Positions 22,801 to 31,399 of a stretch of DNA of 64,000 nucleotides are shown here, piece after piece. Source of the stretch: Patescibacteria group bacterium (GTDB lineage: Bacteria; Patescibacteriota; Patescibacteriia; Buchananbacterales; UBA6539); NCBI GenBank assembly GCA_041649675.1, contig JBAZMQ010000002.1, positions 65,920-129,919 on the forward strand, written 5' to 3'. How positions within the stretch are numbered: position 1 is the first letter of the stretch; each line of letters begins with the position of its first letter. The notes under the pieces are model-generated. The model ran no database searches, was not told the DNA's origin, and saw only the letters and a list, made by a program, of their open reading frames with translations. The position numbers and the translations under genes were made by a program.

Positions 22801-25800
22801 TCTGCCCATCGCCGCAGTTAGAACCTAGACCGGCAATAGCGCCACTTAGAGTGCAGATGGTGGTACAGCCCGTACCCTCAGTACCGTTTGACTTGCCTTC
22901 ATCACATTCCTCACCAACTTCTTTTGTACCATTGCCACAGACCGTAATTCCCTTTTGACTACCAGTTAATAAACAATCTGCACCACAGTAAGCGCCATCT
23001 GACGGGTCACATTCTTCACCCAAATCAATTTTGCCATTACCACATTTGGAAGAATCAACTGGAACATTTAAACAAATAGCGCTACAACCATCACCGCCAG
23101 TTAAATTAGCATCGTCACAATCCTCGCCGGTTTCAATAACCGCATTACCGCAAAGTTGACGCAAAGGAGTAACTAAATTAGCGGCCGTAACACCCGAGAC
23201 TACATCATGTATATCCCAATCCCAATCATAGAAATAAGGATTAAGCCTCTGGCCGTTGATTGGATCACATTCATCCTTGTTAGACCAAGGCTCACTGTAA
23301 TATTTAAGCCGCTCAACGCCAATCACGGTTTTAGTTGTCGGAATTACTGCCACCCGGCCAATCGTACATAAGCTGGAAGATTCCTGCGTCTTAAAAACCC
23401 AAGAATAAGCGTCAAACTTTTGATCATTATTTAAATCTAAATTCAAACCCCACCATGGCAACTTATCCGGACCCTTGCTGGAGACTTGGTCTTTAATTAT
23501 TACCCGATAATAAGTATTGGGCAGTAGCAACCCGCCTTCCAAAACACCATCTTCATTAATATCCGTTAAATTATAATTTGCTGGCAAGGTAATATCAAAC
23601 CTAACATCCGCTTCACCATTAACACCATTACCAGGAGTCACTGTAGCTCCGACTACCTTTTTAGCCGTAGCCATTTGACAATTAAAGTCAGCCCCACATT
23701 CATAAAGTAAAATATTGTCTGCAGCCGTAATTGTTGTTGGGTCAGTTGAAGTATTAAACTGTGCGCCCATAGCAGCATTCAAACAGGCCGTAGAACATTT
23801 AGGCCAACGATCAACTACGCCAAATGCACCGGGCGGAATTAGATTGCCAACCTGTAGTCGGCCTTGACCCAAAGGTCCTTTTGGCGGAATATTTTCTTTG
23901 ACCCAGCACTGCATGTAAGTTTCTCCATCCTTATTGAAAGTCTGAGCAATTTGATAAGCACCAACATAAGAAGCATTAACCGCATCCTGAACTGAACCAT
24001 TTTTTAAACAGCTGTTGGAACAACCGCTGCGCAAACAAATACCGGTTTTGGCGACACCATTGATTGGTGTACCATTGCCAACTGTACAGACTTGGTTATT
24101 AGTACAACCGGTATAATATGAATTGCCGCCAGCCATACAATAGCCATTAGTACAGAAGCCATCGGTGCTGCAAGCGCTGCCAACAGTACCGCACGGTGAA
24201 TTACCAACTGAGCAGACTCCGCTAAAGACGCTGCAGACTTGCCCCAAATCACAAAATGAACCAACACTATTACAATATTTAGGATTGCCATATTTATCCA
24301 AAATTGGAAAACCAGCCACGCTACACCAACCGCCATTATCGCATTCTTCACCAGTTTCTACTTGGTTATTGCCGCAAACTGAACCACTGGTAACATTGTT
24401 ACCAGTCACGGTATTTAACTGAACACATTTATAAGTTAAGCCGTAATTATTTTTGCAATAATCATCACTGGAACAATCAGAATCAGTTGGCAATTGGCCA
24501 AAAACAAATTTATTAGTGATTGAATCACGGCAAAAATTTAATCCCCGAGCCGTAAACTCAATTAGACAGCTGGCGCTACACCAATCACCATCACCACTTT
24601 CTGAGCCAATGATACAATCTTCCGGTTTAAAACAAATACTGGAATTATTAGTACAGTCCAAAGTATAATTACCAGCACAATGCCGATAAAGCAAAGACCC
24701 GGTATCACATTCCTCGCCTGGCTCTATCCGCCCATCACCGCAACCAGGCGAGCCAGCTGCCAAGCCAATATACATACATTTCGCGCCACAACCATCTTTT
24801 CCCGGCGGGTCACATTCTTCATTAGTTTCAACAATACCATTGCCACAAATTTTTAGATTATGATTAGTGTTGCCTTTCCATAAACAATTAGCGTTGCAAT
24901 AACTTTCAGCTAATCCGTTTAGAGCACCTTGGTCGCAGCTTTCACCAGTTTCCAAAATACCATTGCCACAAACATTGACTGTACCGCTAGCAACCTGATA
25001 ATAGCCAATTTCTAAATTATCAAAATAAACCGGACTATCTGAATCAAATCCGTAAAATCCGGCGTTGCCTTCAATTCGCGAATCAGTTTTATAAGTTAAA
25101 ATTTTATTATCATCAAAGTAACCATAAATTACTGCTCCTTTATCGCTGTTTAACACCTCAACTTTAATATCATGCCAATTGCCATCATTAGCTATCCGGC
25201 CAGGCGTTTTAATTACATAGCCTTGGGTATTATTATCCGGATTAGCCGCCTTAGAATTAGCAATGGCAAATTTCTGAAAATCAGTATTGGTGTCATAGCC
25301 AACATAAATCCATTCAAACACCCAGTAGCTATTAAAGTCTTTAGAACCAAAAATTAATCCGACATCATTTATAGCCGAAGGTTCAGGATCGCCAGCACCC
25401 CTGACTTGAGCAGTATTGACTTTAATTTTAGCTTTGACAATATAATGATCTTTATTAATGCTAAAACCATTTTTCATTAATCCTGATTTGCCGTTATTGC
25501 CATAAACATAAACTGCACCAGAAGAATTATAACCGCCATTAGTTATTGCTCCCCAAGGTGCTGGGCCAGTACACCATTCGCCATCACCCGTACAGGCAAT
25601 ACCAAAATTTTGGTAATCAGCATAAGCCGTACCGACAAAAGGATTATTGCTAGCCGTTTGATTAATATTAGCCTCAAAATTATCAAAATTTTCCGCCAAA
25701 ATAGCTTCGTAACCTTGCAAACCAGAAACCGAACCTTCCTTCAAACAAATACTGGAACAACCATCACCATTGACTAAGTTGCCATCGTCACATTGTTCAC

Positions 25801-28800
25801 CAGCTTCAATTACATTATTACCGCAACTGCCGCGCAATTTATTTGATAAAGTTTCTGGATTATTACGCGTCGGACAGTAAAATACCAAAGTACTGCTAGC
25901 ACTTATCAGGTTAGCAATTTCTTGACCAGTACAGAAAGGATGGTCATATTTGTTTGGAGTTAAATTAGTATCCCAATCCCAATTAAAACTATAAGAACTT
26001 AGCCGTTGGCCAAAGAGTGGGTCACAGATATCCGGCGCCGTCATTGGCTGGGCCGAATAATTAACTTTTTGTTGGTAATCAGTTTGCCAATCAGCTGGAT
26101 TAACATTAATCTTGTTTGGCAAACACATTCCATAAACACTCTGCGTTTTAAAAACCCAAGAATAAGAATCTTTCTTAGTATCATTATTAATATCAAAATT
26201 CAAACCAGCCAATGATTTATGTTCATCAGCACTCCGAACTGTTCCGTCAATTACTACCCGATAATAAGTATCCGGCAATAAACAATAATCAAATTTACCG
26301 TCACCATTGAAATCAAGGCAAGGTACATAGCCGGTATAAGTGTTATTTTTTTCAGCCGGATCAAGCATAACTGAAGGAGTGAAGCTATTAACCAAATTAG
26401 CAATATCAGCTGAGCAGTTGGGATCATCGTAGCAGATATATAGGCGCATGTGGTTATTATTGACGGCATAACCACCAGTGGTATCCATTGCCCGGCTAAA
26501 AGTGGCACCAATTTTGGCATTCAAGCAAGCCGCACCGCAATCCGGAAAACGATCAATAACATACGGCCGTGAAAAATCATTGGTTAATTCGCTGTGACCA
26601 CTCACACTGTAAGTGCCAGTTTCCGTAGTAAAATTGCAGGTTGAACTAGTGTAAGTAAACGGCGGCAAATCTTTGAAAGTATCAGCGTCAGCCGCGGCGT
26701 TAGCACAATTATCATTAGCATTAGTATCACAAGGATCAACAGGATTAGTTAATCCGTGTTTAGCACTTGGAACGATATAAGCCCGAATTCCGCCATCAGC
26801 CTCTTTTGGATTAGGGTCAGGATTGGTCCAAATATAAGCTGGCGTCGCATTACAGCTTTCATCGCGAATATCAGTACAAACAAAATCTAGCGGTGCGGGA
26901 TGAGCCGAATAAGTCTGGCGCTGATCATAAGCATACAAAGTTGAAGCCGCTGGATTAACATAAAGACAAGCCACCTGGCTTAAAGCAGTACTTTCCCTGG
27001 TCTTAAAAGCCCAAACATAATCACTACCCGATTCATTACCAGCTAATCTCATGCCATTTTCACCAAAAATCTTTGAAGCGGTTAAGCGCAAAGCAAACCA
27101 ATGATTGGCCGGCAATAAATCTTTAGGTTTAAGATAAATACAATTGGAATCGGTTTCCAAATGATCTTTATAATTACAATCTTCAATCGTAATTGTTGTC
27201 TGCACTTTTAAAGTACAATTAGCCTTATTAAACGGCTCAGTGCCTAAGCTACTTCTACTTCGAGAACCAATAGAGCAATCATATAAAGCAATGGTTGAAT
27301 TATTCAAAGAAGGTTTAAACATTTTTTGAGTAAATCGGGCGCTAACAATCACGTCAATCGGCACTGCCCCGTCGTCGGGTCTAACCGTACTCACCTTCCA
27401 ACCAGCAGCATCAGTTCCTGCCCGATTAAATGGTGACGGACTGGTAACAGCAAACGGGTTACAATTAGATGTCCGGTTACACATTTCTACTACTTGGGGC
27501 CCGGCATAAATAGTACTGAAATCCCACTTGTATGTTGATTCCGTTGGTAACCCAAGACTGGGCACGCAAAAACAGCTGCCCTTTGGATCACAGACATATC
27601 CACTGGGACACAGCCTATCGTCAGGATGGCAAGCCGGGTCAATTGGACTAGCGGCTCTGGCCGGATTATCACAACGAATTCCAGGATAGCAGTAACACGG
27701 CAACTTGCTGCTGTCATAGCCCGCGTCACCCGGATAGAGATTATAACAAGTATATTGAGTTAAATTATTACTGGTGCAAGCTTCCCCGCTCGGACAATCA
27801 GATTCGCAAGTGCCGCAGCCGTCTGGTAAAAATCCAATAGGACTGCAAGTGCCACAGCCAACCATTGGATTAGGGTCACCAATCAAACAACTTACATGGC
27901 TATTTGTACAAATACCCTTTAGACTGCAAGATATATTTTTCTTGTTGGAACAGTTCCCCCACCAACGGCGGCATAAACCTTTAGACTCACTACATTCTCC
28001 TAAGGTACACATGCTTTGATCGGGATTACAAATCGGATCGCCGGAATTATTGTCACAAGCAACTAATGTTTGACATTGACATTTAGTATTACAAAATTGA
28101 TCTAATTGACACTTAGTATTATCCGGCGCACAGCTTAAAGATTCACTACTGCATTGATAGCCAGTAAATTTACAAAAACAAGTTGTTTGGTCACAGATTT
28201 CATTGGTACCACATTTGGCATCGTCCGGATCGCAAATGCCTGCATCTTTACTACAAGGCCCGGGCTCTTGACCGGTTCTAAATGTCCAATTGTAAGTTGA
28301 CTGCGTGGGCAAACCAGTACCCGGTTGGCAGGTACAATTATTATTAGGATCACAGCGGTAATTGGCTGGACATAAAGTATCATCTGGATGACAAGCCGGA
28401 TTGCCCGGACTAGCAGGATTAGCCGGATTGTCACATAAAATTCCCGGATAGCAATAGCATGACTTCTTATGGCTATCATAACCAGGGTCACTGGGCTTAA
28501 AATTATAGCAATAAAAAGTCAAACCAATATCCTGGCAGGTTTCCGGACTCTCGCAATCCCCTTGGCAGGTTTGGCCCGCTGGACAGCTTGGTGTAGCTAA
28601 ATCACAAGGCGCACCAGTGCCCGAACAGTTACCCCAAAATTGTCGGCAAATTTTTCCTGAGGTGCTGCACCGGCCCAAACTGCACATATTTTGATTCGGG
28701 CTGCAGAGAGGATCACCAATTTGATTATCGCAAGCAATTAATTTTTCGCACTTGCATTGGCTGTCGCAAAATTCATCAGTGGCACATTGAGCATTATCCG

Positions 28801-31378
28801 GATCGCAAGTTTGTTGGCTTAAATCTCTAGTGCAAGCAAAATTAGTCAATTTTTCACATTGACAAGTAACCTTATTACATTCATACCCTTGATCACAAAG
28901 CTGATCACTTGGGTTACAAACTCCGGCATCAATACTGCAAGGCCCTGGATTAGTACCGGTTTTGAATGTCCAATTATAAGTTGATTCAGCTGACAAATTA
29001 CCGTTACCAGCCTGACAGGTACAATTACTAGCCGAATCACAAAAATAATCGCTGGGACAACTGCCTGGTTCGCAAACTGGAGTTGTTGTATCAGCATCAC
29101 AACCATTGGCCGGATAACAATAGCAGTCATTTTTTAAAGGATCAGCGGTTTGGTGTACCGAATCATAACAATAATAACCAGGTCCGCAACTACTTTGGGT
29201 TGGATTACATTGGTTATCAGAAAAATTGTTGTTATCACAAGAGACTAAAGTCTCACATTTGCATTGATTATTGCACCATCGGCCAGAACCGCAATTCTGA
29301 GTTGGTACGCAAGTCGAAATTTCACTGCTACAATCAAAGGCTGAACCTTCAGTGCCAGACTCAACTTTAAAGGTTTTAGGATTACTGTATTCTGTACCGA
29401 CTTTAACCCGGACACCGACATCAGCTGGATTTATTTGCGGTACGCTAATACCGGTAATCCCAGTTTCACCGGTAAAATTCGGCGTGCCACCAGATAAAAC
29501 CGCGCCAAAATAAACTTGAGTCGTAGCTGCAGGATAAAATCGAATGCCTGCCAAAGCAACTAAGGCACCAACTTTACCGTTGACTGGATTGATGCTACAA
29601 AGTCCGGGTCGGACAATATTATTAATTTTAAAATCATCAATTATTGAACCACGACTATCATTAGTCTGGTCTGATAAACCATTTAAAGACGCTTTTCTTG
29701 TAACTTTAATCGGGCCTTTAGCGGCTTGGTTTGGTACGACCACAACAATTTCATTATCAGTCCAAGAGTTGTTACAATTAGCGTTGACTTCGCTAGCTAA
29801 ATTTGCCAAAACTGTTGGATTGCCGGCACTGTCAGAAAAATAAACTTGACCAAATTGATCGCCAAAATATCTCCCGCCAATCGTGATAATATTGCCAACT
29901 GCTCCATCGCCTGGTGAGACCCAATCAATAATCGGCACATCTTGGCAAGTACAATTAACTATATCGGCAAAACAAACCCGGTTGTCAGCGCAAACTCCAG
30001 GCTGACAAAGCGGTTCGTCTGAAGTATCACAATTTTCACCGGCGCCCGGCAAACGGCATTTACAAGTTGTATTGTCACATTGCAGACCAGGTTGGCAAAG
30101 ACCTTTGACCGGATCGCAAGTTGGTTGAGTACCGGAATCACAAGACTCACCAACGGCAGCCAAACAAGCACTGGCGTCACGGCAACTAAAGCCTTTGCAG
30201 CAAACTGAAGGACAATCACTGTTTTGCTGGCAAGAAATAGCAAACCAAATTTTATTACTTTCCTGGTTGGCCGCATCTTTAACGCTGACATAACCGGAAA
30301 CTGCCGCTTGAGGCACTTGAGGTGAACTAATTAAAGTATCGGCCCAAGAGGCATAAATATTTGCTGCTTTATTTTTAGCAAAGAATAAACCATCAGTATT
30401 TTCGGAAGTAGTAGCCGGGTCAGCCCCAAATCTAATCCCTTCAGCTTTAACCAAGTCCTGATTATTAATGCCGCTGCCAGGAACAATGCAAGCCAAGGCT
30501 GGTTTAGAAACATCGGCTAAAACAATTGTAAACGGCAAAGCAGAGCTAGTCTGGCTAGTTACCCCATTGACCACACTGACATCCCAAATCTGTAAATTAA
30601 TATTTGGTACTTGAATCCGGGTCAAACTATAATTGTCTGCTCGCTCAGCCCAAACCGGGCTGCCGCTGCATTGAACAATTTCAGCATCATTACCACCAAA
30701 TTTAACCTTACTGACACCGGCCACATAATTACCAAAATACCAACCTTCAATCGTTACATAATCGCCAGGGGCACCTTGAGGCATGCCGCCCAGACCCGAT
30801 CCCCGAGTCGCTTCAATCTTACAAATCTTTGGTGTTGGGGTTGAAGGTTTGGGACAAGTTAATTCAGGAATAGCACAATAAATTTCATCGCCACATTCAG
30901 TGGCCGTATATTCTGTACCAGTGCCTTGGGCATTACATTTACTATGACAGCTAGTACAAACATTAGGCGTACAACCGCTGCTAGTGCCATAGTTAGCACC
31001 AGTGGCTTTAATCAAATTATTAATAATAAAACTGGTAATCATAAAAGCCGAGAAGATGATTACCAGCCCGATTACTGCATTAACTAAAATTTTCTTAGCG
31101 GTGCTAATTTTTTCAACGTTACCGCCAGCCGTCATCCAAGTATAACCACCGTAAATTATAATCAGTAAAGAAATCACGCCTAAAAATCCCAAAACGACCC
31201 GAATAATTGACATCACAGTAACTCGCAAATCTTGAGTCCCCAAACCACTTAACGCCCCATAATTTATGCCCGTATCCAAAGCCAAAGCTACTTGAGAAAT
31301 CAAAAAGCTGCCAATCAGAATACCAAACAGGATTGGTAGAATTAACTTTTTGTTTTTAATTTTTTGATAAACCATCAA
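10814..31378 (-). CDS. giant (6854 aa) secreted/surface multi-domain Cys-rich protein with N-terminal pilin-like (signal + 2 TM) anchor domain
   Basis: Single uninterrupted 20.6-kb ORF. The N-terminal roughly 130 aa (LALDTGINYGALSGLGTQDLRVTVMSIIRVVLGFLGVISLLIIIYGGYTWMTAGGN...KKILVNAVIGLVIIFSAF) is near-identical in architecture to the N-terminus of the upstream gene. Recognisable modules include IPT/TIG-like, about 13 CGNGxxExGEECD (myxo-type Cys-rich) repeats, a TSP3 run (DNCPTVYNPDQRDSDGDGYGNACD), MopE-like CxDxxDNDCDG motifs, CBM4_9-like (NGDFEDG), a LamG-like region and a possible vWA. Antisense ORFs inside are spurious. Confidence 0.85.
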   Translation of the reverse strand: MMVYQKIKNKKLILPILFGILIGSFLISQVALALDTGINYGALSGLGTQDLRVTVMSIIRVVLGFLGVISLLIIIYGGYTWMTAGGNVEKISTAKKILVNAVIGLVIIFSAFMITSFIINNLIKATGANYGTSSGCTPNVCTSCHSKCNAQGTGTEYTATECGDEIYCAIPELTCPKPSTPTPKICKIEATRGSGLGGMPQGAPGDYVTIEGWYFGNYVAGVSKVKFGGNDAEIVQCSGSPVWAERADNYSLTRIQVPNINLQIWDVSVVNGVTSQTSSALPFTIVLADVSKPALACIVPGSGINNQDLVKAEGIRFGADPATTSENTDGLFFAKNKAANIYASWADTLISSPQVPQAAVSGYVSVKDAANQESNKIWFAISCQQNSDCPSVCCKGFSCRDASACLAAVGESCDSGTQPTCDPVKGLCQPGLQCDNTTCKCRLPGAGENCDTSDEPLCQPGVCADNRVCFADIVNCTCQDVPIIDWVSPGDGAVGNIITIGGRYFGDQFGQVYFSDSAGNPTVLANLASEVNANCNNSWTDNEIVVVVPNQAAKGPIKVTRKASLNGLSDQTNDSRGSIIDDFKINNIVRPGLCSINPVNGKVGALVALAGIRFYPAATTQVYFGAVLSGGTPNFTGETGITGISVPQINPADVGVRVKVGTEYSNPKTFKVESGTEGSAFDCSSEISTCVPTQNCGSGRWCNNQCKCETLVSCDNNNFSDNQCNPTQSSCGPGYYCYDSVHQTADPLKNDCYCYPANGCDADTTTPVCEPGSCPSDYFCDSASNCTCQAGNGNLSAESTYNWTFKTGTNPGPCSIDAGVCNPSDQLCDQGYECNKVTCQCEKLTNFACTRDLSQQTCDPDNAQCATDEFCDSQCKCEKLIACDNQIGDPLCSPNQNMCSLGRCSTSGKICRQFWGNCSGTGAPCDLATPSCPAGQTCQGDCESPETCQDIGLTFYCYNFKPSDPGYDSHKKSCYCYPGILCDNPANPASPGNPACHPDDTLCPANYRCDPNNNCTCQPGTGLPTQSTYNWTFRTGQEPGPCSKDAGICDPDDAKCGTNEICDQTTCFCKFTGYQCSSESLSCAPDNTKCQLDQFCNTKCQCQTLVACDNNSGDPICNPDQSMCTLGECSESKGLCRRWWGNCSNKKNISCSLKGICTNSHVSCLIGDPNPMVGCGTCSPIGFLPDGCGTCESDCPSGEACTSNNLTQYTCYNLYPGDAGYDSSKLPCYCYPGIRCDNPARAASPIDPACHPDDRLCPSGYVCDPKGSCFCVPSLGLPTESTYKWDFSTIYAGPQVVEMCNRTSNCNPFAVTSPSPFNRAGTDAAGWKVSTVRPDDGAVPIDVIVSARFTQKMFKPSLNNSTIALYDCSIGSRSRSSLGTEPFNKANCTLKVQTTITIEDCNYKDHLETDSNCIYLKPKDLLPANHWFALRLTASKIFGENGMRLAGNESGSDYVWAFKTRESTALSQVACLYVNPAASTLYAYDQRQTYSAHPAPLDFVCTDIRDESCNATPAYIWTNPDPNPKEADGGIRAYIVPSAKHGLTNPVDPCDTNANDNCANAAADADTFKDLPPFTYTSSTCNFTTETGTYSVSGHSELTNDFSRPYVIDRFPDCGAACLNAKIGATFSRAMDTTGGYAVNNNHMRLYICYDDPNCSADIANLVNSFTPSVMLDPAEKNNTYTGYVPCLDFNGDGKFDYCLLPDTYYRVVIDGTVRSADEHKSLAGLNFDINNDTKKDSYSWVFKTQSVYGMCLPNKINVNPADWQTDYQQKVNYSAQPMTAPDICDPLFGQRLSSYSFNWDWDTNLTPNKYDHPFCTGQEIANLISASSTLVFYCPTRNNPETLSNKLRGSCGNNVIEAGEQCDDGNLVNGDGCSSICLKEGSVSGLQGYEAILAENFDNFEANINQTASNNPFVGTAYADYQNFGIACTGDGEWCTGPAPWGAITNGGYNSSGAVYVYGNNGKSGLMKNGFSINKDHYIVKAKIKVNTAQVRGAGDPEPSAINDVGLIFGSKDFNSYWVFEWIYVGYDTNTDFQKFAIANSKAANPDNNTQGYVIKTPGRIANDGNWHDIKVEVLNSDKGAVIYGYFDDNKILTYKTDSRIEGNAGFYGFDSDSPVYFDNLEIGYYQVASGTVNVCGNGILETGESCDQGALNGLAESYCNANCLWKGNTNHNLKICGNGIVETNEECDPPGKDGCGAKCMYIGLAAGSPGCGDGRIEPGEECDTGSLLYRHCAGNYTLDCTNNSSICFKPEDCIIGSESGDGDWCSASCLIEFTARGLNFCRDSITNKFVFGQLPTDSDCSSDDYCKNNYGLTYKCVQLNTVTGNNVTSGSVCGNNQVETGEECDNGGWCSVAGFPILDKYGNPKYCNSVGSFCDLGQVCSVFSGVCSVGNSPCGTVGSACSTDGFCTNGYCMAGGNSYYTGCTNNQVCTVGNGTPINGVAKTGICLRSGCSNSCLKNGSVQDAVNASYVGAYQIAQTFNKDGETYMQCWVKENIPPKGPLGQGRLQVGNLIPPGAFGVVDRWPKCSTACLNAAMGAQFNTSTDPTTITAADNILLYECGADFNCQMATAKKVVGATVTPGNGVNGEADVRFDITLPANYNLTDINEDGVLEGGLLLPNTYYRVIIKDQVSSKGPDKLPWWGLNLDLNNDQKFDAYSWVFKTQESSSLCTIGRVAVIPTTKTVIGVERLKYYSEPWSNKDECDPINGQRLNPYFYDWDWDIHDVVSGVTAANLVTPLRQLCGNAVIETGEDCDDANLTGGDGCSAICLNVPVDSSKCGNGKIDLGEECDPSDGAYCGADCLLTGSQKGITVCGNGTKEVGEECDEGKSNGTEGTGCTTICTLSGAIAGLGSNCGDGQITKGEACDTGEKSQGKIPMTGDVGNCTGVYQGPDLTNDLVNHPCSTFNTKEDCEKIDLSNPSNNQLMWCYWTGSNCRVRPCLLETGRANGSGNSGQSVCGNGSTEKGEECDDGGWCQDINNQWTNCTAKDTSACKSGSDCTPYNGYCAKTDPELGAIPCDSNLDCITGSLGDCVLDGCSNMCLHSGSVQNGNRVGPHQLVQTLNFFSVSQEVKEEIRAWHKLQKDIVGVGELTVIGQASVPFEIVGQQPPHDPNFNSLQCRNAVIYTVFTHELNLDTIKGSCQKSYACASSPAVNCTGHDASGNSVPDNTKCSKSDCSSQSCWQAAGCFEKNDVCKFDNLILKKCGLGRSYGNCQNDPAVSENQISSLSYKKLSGNCNANSQCEFKVAGRTYTAANSECKYDTSCMGSEILVNGLVSNVLDANSSYQLFVKADEGGVLSRTGDSLTKKVCQAESDLYCTTWNFATYGDFCHCDYIGVTIDSSSGGTETTNDYFTCAGNDCGANTITKLDDDVAPDYICAAGIRAGLVCSKLETASKDCPNTEAATTFDACVANSSDYYQPTAGNQHAYQAICYDINNPSGIRIPLSSFGTSFSWLGIDPSNLIYLTNPFPGLCSLDDSFACLSDSECISAGKGTCLPNTSNDIYYVTPGQDPGTPKGKNGDSAVNVLALERTCGNTSLFCAESHNCQPGIECRAKVANSQIVNVTNFICDNPWPDIANFPYQDNASNFRMPNTNFKMYYCRDFGESGFSDDLPPLSLSPIILGKNDPIKSLKEFIFPIGDQDINSTKVVVASKNGQEYDPVKTACFCNNINGSTSACTSNLPINIGTTDSLCCGWYEGIADTYQCSAAGSRFASLWEQNKGTAAWVYKFDSVADGNYRLNVTSHNNRDFSIYSYCDANNDGMLSVGENTACDPGTCPTGVSCLHGVTHVFQIYIDGVLAGKISNLATENNTSGELALGHLASGNHEIRIRWVNDWGDWNHKDGDGNNDPLDSNTLISRVNLIKLEGDINSSSDALGIKVLPNPLHLSPMTWYKSGLCGGNANINNLCFNDADCSQTNLFNNGDFEDGTAGAEIGHCINGVKTINNSNVHDWLIHCSVGSSYPEDRDLNAKLEYKTEAARSGNLGTRLTIINQSTPKKGWGAELIGSPGEVRNLAPGNYAVSAYVRSAQQVILTAVVTSGATYPMICSNANCSFGSRGGGVCSTLLKADKWEKVTCNFSLKETTNVSFAVIGKNETGSVVDIDDLSLTSTCQMNLPTKGAPKAFTIDGYQAVLDGRTAYIGAPNLTIDSAGNDFLYSNIYLISHSQNATGPIKEIFNRILDSTGQSGALSFNANFNNYRMCSDIGYYDGTNILCGSQDVLPYTALGNSQFDYCNTLVAPVTCQSNDGIKHGCYWSNEINACLAKVCSPIYCNNNFDCPNLNCLANKEKVVRDAQRYGDLRDIQLSLGTYLKTKGIYPLLSGGTYIASTTFSVWPSWNQTFAKELGGNLFTDPLNYFGSCGDFYCDFNGNGTIDNSETFGQIYTYDKNLSWKNISVGSDAGFMATAGRPQVGYFDPLHDNKTILWYGSKVYAFTGDSWASGALLTDYFPDPAFKPVVGFYHAFDQTVSGSGQTTPGRIVLFDENGEEYIYPNVNNPTDHTSWQHVDRTNADQSLGLPVDFKPVVGYYTQFGAMIVGAHVIGQIHLWDKDGKLCIYPTLASAEGTKLIFKCFGPGETLPAAFKPTMGFYHPLGGIVTGADTEGRNVIGDKDGNMYIYPENSNGQLVWGYHEAGTLGYPKEFIPTIGFYNYKFNDDTGKEYLFGSSGECRPGVVSNCGNNPGICLPKDADKQLTCWDNVAKQYSCPAEMSVYAYKSASEGALYGLYTNFEYTGQGTWRSLPISHCLIGTTDTGKVCQSQADCATGQTCASVLPNFYELPVACNRLNFEIHQATIGGGVSTPDCNGVKRCYGGTNDPAFDDCTDGDILACPDHGPGTFCSGDADNDGSCDYLNSTTSFDNCNPATACPIKPVDCYNPDQKNSNGDSLGDICDLTCSGDADNDGACDNGDNADNCPTVYNPDQRDSDGDGYGNACDPCTDIDGDRYWDVNTGVNDPTICPKDNCSPYLNGWCQNASGQRNGQRCHQNNDCDSTYSNCTVPFNGNGVSNDRRGYCTFNGNYPVAIACTSNYQATCPSGQTCCPSNKPTCKQFTDNTYKYYNPFQEDYDGSQVGYICNDCIDFDRDSFGDYTFYTKATVSNPAANLNSDQKEHFAGCQVSKNSFSEGDLDNCPGGVGGATCLDKFGIEISCYNPDQTDSNGNWQGNICDLCGNKKIDSGEVCDCGVTQPYGAPPVNPFACSTANNAACTVGTSYGAECSWCNNCSETKVVHAPEYCGNGIIEAANEACDCGDSAANMSLANSQQGYKCERTQEACDPSDINSCSGDPTKCKLPCETINGVQPTDSYSGTNMHRWCDNCRVMEDWPVGGGCGDGILQTDYRCDDKVTACDPNKAEACNSNPSKCTNQLEECDPPNALTCDLNCKKIRYCPPFYTVEATNPDILTFNYGSSSGTFAIPACQVGDKIDFNVAISGHSTTDDISIVYVTDLSAIMGINFPVFKVALQFSANQFLAEPKINQYLRIGLAHYRADMNGDIGDDSLRWLCQSERICSNHDCNENNTNRWVGKDTNGESVTTNECRNNPGDPSTAGITPSGVIETAIGTYNYLNAGPPPINLGIITGTNILNGMPNPNTATKVMILVMAGDPSNAAATAAKAAATAAKNQGVEIYTLGLGNGVDYNLLDGLSSNCKTGSDCGGPCDGSGYCLYSDNALDFYNRITTKIIDNLTNPIRVKFKSGLNTLGEYQYSTGAYSSTVNLAVPSFVCTANSQNIDVSVEGIKQNAGTTVTIKDLSLSYCPFSAVAAPVCHGQEAGGGWACALPGACSPGNCGEVNVVCINSNTGEACQKPKPCIGTHGDGCCSVGENFSNEIKCNLKYEDTFALKVLDNSVNNWLKADDIEVNCMSTMLDCWIGTVPLFLHGSSDQREVFQFVGIDLVHGEVTAGNHACMRTAGTQYGYDTIYIRGKDDLLCGLSAETEGTPYMHVRENNCDVTDNSWEKWELLDSNGVNSGITFKCGDIVTFKLTSTGKYAYMALGDPAWYNICSWQEDSNVVRVDSDGPAGGWGQFVITGPDGTCPAGSVNKGLTIICGNNKCEYNESASNCCKDCGCLAGKDCINNRCIDQSTQTVTYYTDTDNDNYYSTQASTCSQVAGQPDCRGTKYSDRAGNDCDDNDVGIHPTVLEVCNDGKDNDCNGYADCDDFVCAGKPTVGGAICCWESASGSGQKNDNYCSACYRCGLSGANIHYCEVQPNAPDGNKCAGQCTLCSAGSCVNRTAAIGLEDECSQPCQACADGAGGSCIAAHNGSLDTVSPALCGPTPAFCNGGICNTTATCTSGQKQNCANQQGVCAGSQETCNTAGQWLGCDYTTIPTYHISETGYCSDSLDNNCNGKVDGADADCWACNPGTKRNCANQQGVCAGSQETCNTAGQWPGCDYTTIPTYHISETGYCSDSLDNNCDGKADCADSSCVGKQSGSALCCQTANDCLAGIPGNCAIASCSSNICNYSASAVACLGNCSQCNATTLNCEASALSCSGCGTCQGAGTSFSCQANNNYCSVVCSECSLAGTSGTCVAINGYKEDKNGSNQCYGTTGCTGGSCICQDINQCISGSDTDGDGLVDITDPCPYDSSNDLDNDGICALGCSHISNVGSTCTIDTAKGKTSCYSNGYICVGGLTSDVVYDTCLGGAEGSCDSSNSCLLLFGADDYLNIYLNGNLLTGNLFLPNGYKQKGEIIGSSGQGSDSAYTFPYSSGKGTKIYFKPSGFSLNTGTNANVLAFEAYTTAVNRQIRGIFANYAGTDVCSVFGTVPKWSESYSHVGAVSSLPSQCYTINDGDLALPATDWKLVSFVPGASWQNSKDGNANTGSAVSSLYSAFASQHPWPVWGDPKVNGGSNYTSSSHTYCKKLFTWP
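12173..12590. repeat. near-identical tandem duplication (2 x about 207 bp) inside the giant gene
   Basis: 12173-12379 and 12380-12586 are about 95% identical over about 150 bp. They encode repeated 69-aa modules ...NCANQQGVCAGSQETCNTAGQW.GCDYTTIPTYHISETGYCSDSLDNNC.GK.D... Confidence 0.85.
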
Positions 31379-31399
31379 ATATATTTTGGTTAATCAAGA

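Noticed and set aside
11968-30844. Dozens of 60-120-aa ORFs on the plus strand (and out-of-frame on the minus strand) inside 10814-31378
   Set aside because: All lie antisense to, or out of frame with, one uninterrupted 20.6-kb ORF with coherent domain structure. Their hydrophobic low-complexity translations are typical of the antisense of a Cys/Gly/Asn-rich gene.
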